From IMG/VR virus record IMGVR_UViG_3300022204_000004, positions 1 to 64,000 of that record: DNA of 64,000 bases. The stretch is one strand, 5' to 3'. Position 1 is the first letter of the stretch. The number at the start of each line of letters is the position of its first letter. The stretch is from a virus. This document shows positions 1 to 10,000 of this stretch, in pieces. The notes beneath the pieces are model-generated. The model did not search any database, was not told where the DNA came from, and worked only from the letters and a program-made list of their open reading frames with translations. Both the position numbers and the translations under genes were made by a program.

Positions 1-2
1 AG

Positions 3-1091
3 ACAGAAAAACCTATTGATACTCTTAGCATAAAAGATTTTGAACAAGATGAGTTGATATCAGGAATGTTAGGCAATACAGAGTTTAAAGTGCAAGGAAG
101 TAACGATGCAAGTTTTGACTCTATAAAAGGAGGTGGACTCGGTGGTCAAGATTATAGATTAAGATCAGCTGTAGAAGTAAAAGGTGGATTCTCTCAAGAC
201 TTATTAAAACTTCAATATGGAGTAGACGGTTATCAATTTGAAGGTAATAAGATTTTGAAATTTAAACCAAACGATCATTATACAACTATTTATAGAGCAG
301 ACGGTGGTCAATTAGGAAAAGGCGAAGGTATATGGGAAAGGGATTTCAAAGTTATAGGTACTGCCTTTGCTTGGAAAGGTCAATTTGATACCGGACCCGC
401 TTTGATTGTTGACGGTGTGGATGAGAATGGAAATTCTGTGGAAAATGAAATACAAGGTTACAGAACTGAAGGAGATAATCCTGCAACAGCAAAACCAACT
501 TATGTTGTAATGCTTAAAGATGAAAAAAGTGGTTCAATTATTTACCAAGAAATAGACTATTCAACATTACCACAACAAACACAGTTGTCAGGTATATTAG
601 AGGGAAGAAACGACCTATCAGCTGCAAGAGATGAAAGCGCTGAGAAACTAAATACAGTGAACGCTATCAAAATGAAAGAACAAGTAAGGGTTGAAGGAGT
701 TCCTACAAAAGATTTTGAAATGGACACAAGTATCTTTAACGAACCATTATTTGTCGCTCAGGGTGAAGCTTTCAATCCAGAAAACCCAACAGAGGGAAGA
801 CGAAGACACGATTTAAGACAAGCCTATTATATGGCTAGTGCCGATTTTGCTCAAAAATATGGTCAAAGTCAGTTAAATATAAATGAAGCTGTTGCCGGAA
901 ACGCTTTCCAATCAGCTTTAGACCAATTAGGATTGAAGACTATATTCGCAAATCCTAATATTTCTGATTCTATGGCTTTAGATTATTTAGAAGATGCACT
1001 TAATCAAGGAGAAACAGACCAAGAATTGATAAAACAAAATATGATTTTTATTAACATGTTAAAAGGCTATATTAGTAACATAAGAAAATAG
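3..1091 (+). CDS. 5'-truncated virion cargo/ejection-type protein (gene preceding the vRNAP)
   Basis: The frame is open from base 3 (TEKPIDTLSIKDFEQDELISG...), so the true start lies outside the window. It sits immediately upstream of the giant RNAP gene, as in crAss-like genomes. Confidence 0.55.
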   Translation, partial: TEKPIDTLSIKDFEQDELISGMLGNTEFKVQGSNDASFDSIKGGGLGGQDYRLRSAVEVKGGFSQDLLKLQYGVDGYQFEGNKILKFKPNDHYTTIYRADGGQLGKGEGIWERDFKVIGTAFAWKGQFDTGPALIVDGVDENGNSVENEIQGYRTEGDNPATAKPTYVVMLKDEKSGSIIYQEIDYSTLPQQTQLSGILEGRNDLSAARDESAEKLNTVNAIKMKEQVRVEGVPTKDFEMDTSIFNEPLFVAQGEAFNPENPTEGRRRHDLRQAYYMASADFAQKYGQSQLNINEAVAGNAFQSALDQLGLKTIFANPNISDSMALDYLEDALNQGETDQELIKQNMIFINMLKGYISNIRK

Positions 1092-1097
1092 AACACC

Positions 1098-4000
1098 ATG
1101 CCAAGTATATTAGATCTAATTCAAAAAAATTCTCAGGAAGAAAGCCGTCAAGGTCAAGTCGATAATTCTTTAAACCAAAAAAACAACCTACAGGTTGATA
1201 AAGAAGAACCGCAAGAACCTGAAATGTCAGAAGGCCAAAAAGCCTATATATCCAAAGGCTATGGTTCTCAAGACCCTGTTGCAAAACAAAATCAAGGCAA
1301 TACCATAGAGCTAAATCCTGAAGAAATTGAAGCTGGTAGAAATGGTGAAGGACAAGAACCAAATCAAGAATTAGGTCTAACTCCTGATGAAATAGCACAA
1401 CAACGTATAGCTCAAATCTATACACCTTTACAATATGAAGCAAGTAAAAATGTTTTACATGATTCTCCTGAAACATGGACACCCGAATATACTCAAATGG
1501 GTTTCATTACCAAGACTGTAAAAAATTTAGGGAAAGGTATCGGTGAACAGGTTGTAGGTGGATTTGGCGATGTCGCACAGTTCCTTAATGGTCCAATCCC
1601 AAATATGGATATAGCCGAAGGGAATGTAATATCACGTTTCTTTCAGGATATTGGACAACAGATGTCCGATTCCATGGGAGAGGTTTATATGCTTCCTGAG
1701 ATAAGAGATCCAAAATTTAACTTAAATACATTCATGACTCCTGATTTTTGGTCAGGACATGCGGCTAAACTTCTTCCTAATATGTTGGAGTTTATATTTC
1801 TTTCTCATGGTGCTTCTGCTTTAGCTAAAGGTGGAGCAAAAAGAGCGGCTAAAAGATATGCCACAAAGAATGCAGGTAAAGTTGCTAAAAAAGGAAGACA
1901 AGTATCTGAAAATATAGTCGAACAAGTAGCCAAAGGAGCTGACGAGATATTGACTGAAATCCCTAAAACGGGTAAAGGAGTTCTTGGAAAATTACTTACC
2001 ACAAGAGGTGGTCTTACAAGTTTTGGTGAACAGGCCGCTCAAATGGTCGGTGGTGGTTTTACCATGAATACGCTTGTTGGTTTACAGAATGCTTCAGAGC
2101 TTGTAAATACAGAAAGAGAAAACGGAAATTATACCAATGATGAGATAGCTGAAATGGCAGCACTCACAATGGCTCACAACATGAAATGGATGGGAGTTGA
2201 TATGATTTCTTGGGGAGTTACTTATACCAAAGGAACAGGTAGAGGAACAAGAGCTATAAACAAGCTTAAACATAAAATAGTTCCTAAAGGTAATGCTTCA
2301 GGAAAACGTTTCTTTGGAAAAGATCAACAAATGATTATTGGCGCGTTGTCTTTTAACAACAGAGTTAAACCTGTTACCAAAATGCTTAAGCGAGTAGCAA
2401 AAGCTGGTGGAAAGCCTTTATTTGAGGGAACAGAAGAAATGTTCCAAGAAACTTGGGAAGAATGGTCAAAAAAGAGAGCCAAAGAGCAAGTCTCAGGCAT
2501 ATCTGATGGCTATGATGAATCTTTAGGGGGTTACATGGATTTCTTTCTATCAAAAGAAAATGAAGCCACTAGAACCATTGCATTTGCTTTAGGTGCTATT
2601 GGTGGTTCAATAGGTAATACTATGAACTATATAAATAAGGCAGCTGAAGAAGAATATAAATTAGCCAACAGAAGTGAACTTATCAAGCATCGTGTAGCTG
2701 ATAACAACAGAGGTGCTCTTGAAGTACAGCAAACAGCATTAAGAGAAATTCTTATAGACAATATGCTTTCTGAAGATGCTATTGATAACGTAGAGTTTAT
2801 CAAAACAATGGAGCAATACGAAACGGTCACTCCAGAAGAAGCTGAACAAATGTATGCTATCAATGAGGAACTTCAAAAAGATTATGCCTCAGCTGAAGCC
2901 ATGAACATAAAAGGTAAAGCTACCTTTCTTCAAGCTAAATCAAGAATAGCAATCAACAAACAAAACATTGATACACAGCAAGGATTGTTCAAAGAACGTA
3001 TAGCTGGCATCAATGAAGCAGTACAAGATCCACGAGCCAAAGAAAAAAAGATACAAGAAGAAACAGAGGCTCATGAAAAGTTGATCAAAGCACTTCAAAC
3101 AGAAGTTCTTTTTGACGAACAGAACATTGAAAATATCATTCTAGGTAAGGAAGCTTTTGAATCCAATACAAAAACTTTAAGAGATGAAAATGGTAATGTC
3201 ATAGCAGTCAATTTAGGTAAAGAAGCTTATGACGATTACTATAATAAGACAAACGAAGAAATCTTAGCTGAAGCTAGAAAAAACAGACCCAAAAAAGAAG
3301 AAAGCAAATCTTTTCGGGAAAGGTTAAAAAGTTTTTTTAGTAAAGAAGAAGAAAAAAAAGGTGAGAAACCTGAAGATAATATCAAGGTCTTTAAAGGAAT
3401 GGGGGATATCTTTAATCAGAATCCCGAAAGTGAAGAAGGACTAGGAGAAGAATACTCCGAATCCGTACAAAAGCAAGAGCCTTTAAGACAGTTTACGACT
3501 TCAAACATAGTTGAAGCCGACAAGGCTTATAAGGATGCTTTTGGCAAATCTGCATTGCCAGAGAATTACGAAGAACTATCAGCCGAACAAAAGAAAGCGG
3601 CAATAGAAGAAGCCAACGCTTCAGTAGATAATTTTAATCAAAGGCTTACAAAAGAAAAAGCCAAATACACTAAAGAAAATAAGCCGGCCACAACAGATGA
3701 AACAGATGATGGGTTTGAAGCTACTGAAGATAATGAAGAAGCTACAGAAGAAGCTCCTATTGAATTAACCCAAGAGCAAGTAGAGGATATTCAAAAACGT
3801 TTTAATGTTAGCATAAGTGAGAACAAAGATGGTTCACTTAATATTTCGGGAGATGGCGATATCAATGGAGCAAGTAACGCTATAAACAAAATATTATTTC
3901 CAAACGGACAAACCGATGAAAGTCAAGCTGAACAAAAAACAGATCAAAAAACTGAGCCAAAAGCTAAGCCAAAAGAAAAAACAGCAGAAGAAAAAGCTGA

Positions 4001-7000
4001 AGAACAAAAATTAATTGAGGAAGAATTAAAAAACATATACAATGAGAATGTTTTAAATACAAACACTCTTGAAGCCAATCTTATAGAGGCTATATATGGT
4101 TCTACTAGCGACGAAGAAATCACACAAGATGAAGTCGATGCTTATCTTTCTCTTTCTAAAATGGAGCTTACTGTAGGAGTTACTAATTTAGATAGAGCAA
4201 GAGTTTTGAACAATCATTTAAAAGCTTTGTTTCCTGATCAAAAAATTCAGGCTTATGCTTTTAGAAATCTTGTTTTGGCATTAGGCGGAGAACAAGCATT
4301 AGGTTATGCTTTAGGTTCAGCTATTCTTATTGATGACAAAGTTTGGAACCAAGAAGATATATACATGCATGAATTTGCACACATTTATTATGCAGCCAAT
4401 CCAAATTCTGAAGAAGTAAAAGAACTTATTTCAAAAGCCAGAAGAAACAGAAAGCTTATTCAAGGTCTTTATCAGGATTATAAAGACGACATCAAATATG
4501 AATATACAAGTGGTCTGAACAAAGGAAAAACGTTTTACGGGAGAAGTAAAAACAATACAGATCTAAAGTTGATGTTAGACCAAAATCTAGCTAAGGAATT
4601 ACCTGAAGAACGACAAGACATTATTTTGGAAGAAGCTTTTGTCAATATGCTTCAAGGACCAATGTCAAAAAAATACAGTAAGTATTTTGACTTGAAATCT
4701 GAAAGTTTAAGACAAGCTCGTGCAAAAACTTTTTGGGGAAGGGTAAAAGCTAGATCGGAAAGAGCAAAATTGACCAACAAAAGGCTTCAGGAAAAACTAA
4801 ATGAAGGCACACCAAATACGTTTAGATCCAATGAAGAAAGGATAATGAGCAATTTTGTGGAAAGCATGAAAGGGAAAGACGTTACAAGTGTTGGTCGTCG
4901 TTCTGCTGGTAGGTCTTACAGTATAAGACAGCTACAAGGTCAAGAAAAAATAAAGGAAATGCACAACAAAGAGGTCAAAGGTCTAAGAGCTTTGGGAACC
5001 CCTTTGTTTGATGCTGTTGCGCAAGCTGACCTTGCTAGGGAACAAAAAGCTCAAGGTGTTTATGAGCCTGATGAAGATGGACCAATCATTAACATTGATG
5101 AAGACGAGCCTATAAATCCAAATATGCAAGTCGATGATGATGCTCTTTCTTTAGTTGAAGAAGCTGAAATCAATCCTTACGAAAAAAGATATGAGTATCA
5201 GGAAACGCGAATAGCAAAAAACATATCTTATTTTATTGAAGAAGAAAATAAAAGGGAGAATCGTGAACGTTTAAAATCAGCTGAACAAGGTATCCCTAAA
5301 GGCAGAAGAAGTCCTTACAAATTGAAAGACTTTAAGGATAAGCTTACCCAAATGGCTGTAGAAGAACCATACTATGCTGAATACGTGAGAAGTCTTGTTG
5401 AATCAGAGAACGAACAAGTTAAAAGGTTTGTTAAGTATATGCAAGACAACAACAGTAGTGATTGGGTTTCTAAACTAATATCAGCACATTTCATTTTTAC
5501 CAATTCAGTTGTAGTAAATACTAAAACACACATGGTTGGCGAAAAAGGAGATTATATTTCCAATATAGGTCTTTCAACAAATGAAGCTTTAAATATTGAA
5601 AACATATCAGGTCAAATCATTAAAGATGAAGATATTGTTGCAGAGGCTATAAACCGAATCAAACAATCACAAGATATTAATGTAGAGCTAACTCCCGAAG
5701 AATCTAAAGCAATCATATATGCTTACAGTAACAGTTATTTAGAGCCTGACATAATGATGTCTAAAGATACTTTAAGAATAGACGGAAACAACTATTCTAT
5801 AGAAGGCGGTATCAATTATGCTGTAAAAAAAGGATATCTGGACGTTCAAGAAGATGGTGATTACTTAAGATTATCTCGAAACACAAGATTTATAGAAGTT
5901 TTGACTGAATCATCAAGACCTTATAGTTCTTTAAGTGTCATTGAAGGACCAAGTGGAAATATGATGAGTTCTCGTATGACCAACTTTTTACTTAATAAAT
6001 TGGTTGCTGAAGTCAATCAGGACTTATCACAAATGAGTCGTGATGAATTTGTCAAAAAACATTCATTAAGACCTAAAGATGCACAAAGAGCTATAAGAGA
6101 TGCGAAATCAGTTGGAACAAAATTAGGTGAAGCTTATTTAGGTTCAAACGAATTAGCGGCAAGATGGTGGGATAACTACCATAATTTAGGAATAAAGCCA
6201 AATATCACTATGGATTTAGGTGATATAAATTTGATCAACAATATCCGTACAGATTTCAAAAACTCTACAGCAAGACAGCAAATGTTAAATGAAACATTAG
6301 CGTTTTTGAGCAATTATCAAGAACAGACCTATGATGGTTCTATGGATATTTTTGGCGATTCATCTCGTAAGTTTGGATTGAGTGTTCCAATGTATAAAGA
6401 ACAACTCTTTAACAGAGACAATACACTTACTGCAAATGGAGAGGTATTGTTAAAAAATGCCTATGGTATTTATTTGGCAACAAGAACAAAAGAAGATAGT
6501 CCTAATTATGATGATTTCATGAGACAAAATCCTTTGATTTCTTATGATACATTTAAAAATGGTTTTTATAAATCAGTAAAAACTTGGAAAGAATATCTTA
6601 CTAAAAATGCTGTTGATTTTTCATCTGTAACCCAATTCAGAAATCTTTATAAAACAGATAAAGAAGGAGTGGTTCTTCATGAACTTACACCAATGGCAGA
6701 ACAACAAATGAATGAGTTCTTATATAATAGAATTATTAACTCTTTCAATATTCAACAAATGTTTAGACCAGGTATCTCTTTAGATGCTCGTGTAAAAAGG
6801 AACAAAACTTTAATTGCACCTGTAATGGCTCTTCACAAAAATTTGAGACCTGAAAAGATATTTGTTCCAAACGAATACAAATACAGAGACGGAAGAATGG
6901 TTCAGAATGATTCTGGACAATTTATATTGAGTTCTGTTGGTGATGCTATCCGAAAAAGAACCAATGGCTCTTTGGATTTAGGTCATGGGTTTAAACTTTA

Positions 7001-10000
7001 TTCAGGTGCTATTGAACGTGACAATCCAAATTGGCAAGGTCAGTCAATAATGATGAAAGGTTATACAACTGAACTTAATGACGAAAACACAAGACCCGGT
7101 GGTTCACAACAAGCCCACAGACCATATTATGAAATATTAATTGCTCAAAAAGAGAAATTTATAAAATGGTGGAAAGAACAACCACAAAATGAAGGGAGAG
7201 ATTATATTGAAGAAGATATTTTTCTTGAAGATCCAAACTCTCTTAACCCTGTTTACATGGGTATCATTACTCCCGTAACAGCAGAAAAAGCCGAGTTGCT
7301 TACAAGAAAAAACATTGAAGGTATCAATGCTTTTGGAACATTAGACCAACTTGGAACTAAGACAGGTCGTTTGGTTTACGAGAAAATCCTTGACAAAATG
7401 TACTATTCAAAAGGACAGTACATAGGCACAAACGGTTCTAATTTTGGACCACAACAAGTCATGGATAAAGAAAACAATAGAGCTAAGTTTTCAATTCAAG
7501 CTATGAGTTCTCCTTTAGTGAACCAAAAAGGCGATAAATTAAAAAGAGCTTTAAAAGCACAAGAGTATTTAAGACAACAAAAAATGAAAGTATTGAGAAA
7601 GAAGATACTTTCTAAAATTGAAGGCCCTTGGGATCAAGCTTTCACAAAGCTTATCATTGATACAGCAAATCTTAAAGACTCCGATGCTTTCTCAATTCTT
7701 CAGTTTATTGATAAAAACATCAATGCACTTCCTTATTCCCCAGCAACGGGAACTTGGTCATTAGACCAAATAAGAAAGCTTATCATAAACAACGGAAACA
7801 ATCTTACCGTAGATGGAACTTACGGACAGACCATATCTGATTTGGGATATACGTTCACAAATAAACAAGGAGAGCCTAGATTTAGTGCTAGAGGTGATTC
7901 CGATGGAAATGCTTTACAGGACAGTACCGTAAAACGTAGAGGCAGACTACAAGGGTATCGCGTTGGTATTGATGGTAGAACTATTGCCTTTGAGGGATTG
8001 TTACCACAGTCTCAACAGAAGTCAGGGGTTAGGGCTAGAGAGCTGTTTGATGTTTCTACATTGGGGAATGCCAAAACTGCAAAAGCAGCCGTTACAGCGA
8101 AGCTAAACAACGATAAAGAACTTCGTAATGAATTAGGCTTTAGAAAACAAGTTGTTGATGAAAGAACAGCATTAACAAAAAAAACAGCTGAAATTTCTAA
8201 TTATGGAACGCCTAAAGTTGCTGAAAACTTTGAAAACCTTTCTGATTTTGTGGAACAATTCAAATACTATGATGAAGATGGAAATGTTGCCGGATATTAC
8301 ATTCCTGGTGAAAATGTATTGACAACAAGAATACCGCATAACGGACCCGCATTTATGGGTGTTATGGAAGTTGTTGGATTTACCACTTCGGGAGCTTCGT
8401 CTATTGTAGTTCCGTCAGAATACAAGAATATCATAGGTTCTGATGATGATGGTGATGCTCTATTTGTTTATAGAAAATCACAAAGTGAATTTTACAGTGA
8501 TTGGAATAAGGCTTTTGATATAATGGTAGACCAATGGTTGTCTCCCGAAATGAGAGAAACATTAGATACTGAATTGGATTTTGAAGAAGATACAAACTTA
8601 AGCCTTGACATTATCAATGCAGAGTTAGAATCCAATCAGCCTCTTAAAGATTTGATAGCTACTTATCAAGCTAGTGAACAAACCGAAGAGGATAAAAAAG
8701 CCTATAAAGAGGGAAGAAAAAATGTAGTTAAAAATCAAGAATTCCAAATACCTTTTGGAGTTGAGGAATTTGAATCTAATTTCAACAATTCTGTAGTGTC
8801 TAGATCAACTGTTGGTATAGCTTTTCAAGCCACAAGGGCAATGAACCAAATAGCACCATATAGACCAAGACTACACGTTAGAAGTAAAGAAGGTGTTGCA
8901 AGTCCTGTTGAAATAACATTAAGAGGTGGTCGTCAAGTAGGAAGACAGACTTCAAAAGGACTTATAACAGATAGAGGTTCTGGTAAAACTTCAAGGGTTC
9001 AAAAGAATACAGTTCAAGGAAACCGAGTTTTGGATAGTACCAAAAACAAACATGCTGACGGACTTTATTACAATCCAGCTACAATTATGTCAGCTGTTAT
9101 TTTGGAAGCCGTAGGTTTCAGTACTGAAGCTGTAGGTCTTTTGATGAATCACCCTATATCCAAAAAATACTATAGTGAATTGCTTGATAGTAGAAATGGA
9201 TATATTCCAAGACAATCAGAACAACAAGTGATCAAAAAATTAAGACTTGAAAACAAGGTATTAAATGAAGAATACTATAAAAATAGAGCGTCATTTGAAA
9301 TACAACTTTTTAGTCCTAAATCACCTGAATATCGTTCTGAAGCGAATGAAGCTCAAATTATTCAACTACTTTCTTGGCTACATAAAGTAAGTAATGATTT
9401 TTCTAAAATCAATAATATTACAAATGGTCATAAGGATATTAGTAGAAACCCTATTGTTCTTGAACAACAAATCGATGCTTTAAAGAAGTTTATAAACAAC
9501 CAAGATGAAACAAGCACGATAATCTTTGAAGAAAGAGAGCCTGAATTAAGTATCAGTAACAATCCTGAGCTAAATTCATACTTGGACGTTGCCCAAGAAT
9601 TTATAAAAATCCAAAAAAGAATAAACCTTGTTTTTAACGATAATGTTAGAAGCGTATTGGACTTTGTAAAAGCTGAAATTACTATTGGTGATTTAACGAA
9701 CACGCAAATAGAACATTTTACAGAATTGTTGAAACCGTTTCTTTACAGTAGATTTTTGGGAATTAACAATATTCCCTCAAAAACAATACAAGCAATGTTC
9801 TCTAAAAATGGTTCAAAAAAACTTAATATCGTTCAAGATATTAATGACTATTTTGAAGAATTGGAAGATGAAACATATAATGACACTGGTTCTGACAATG
9901 CTCTTAAGCGTTCAGTATTATGGAATGATGCAATATTGAGATCTGGCACATCTATAAGCTTGAAGCCGGGCTTTATAAACAATGCTCTTACAGCTGAAGA

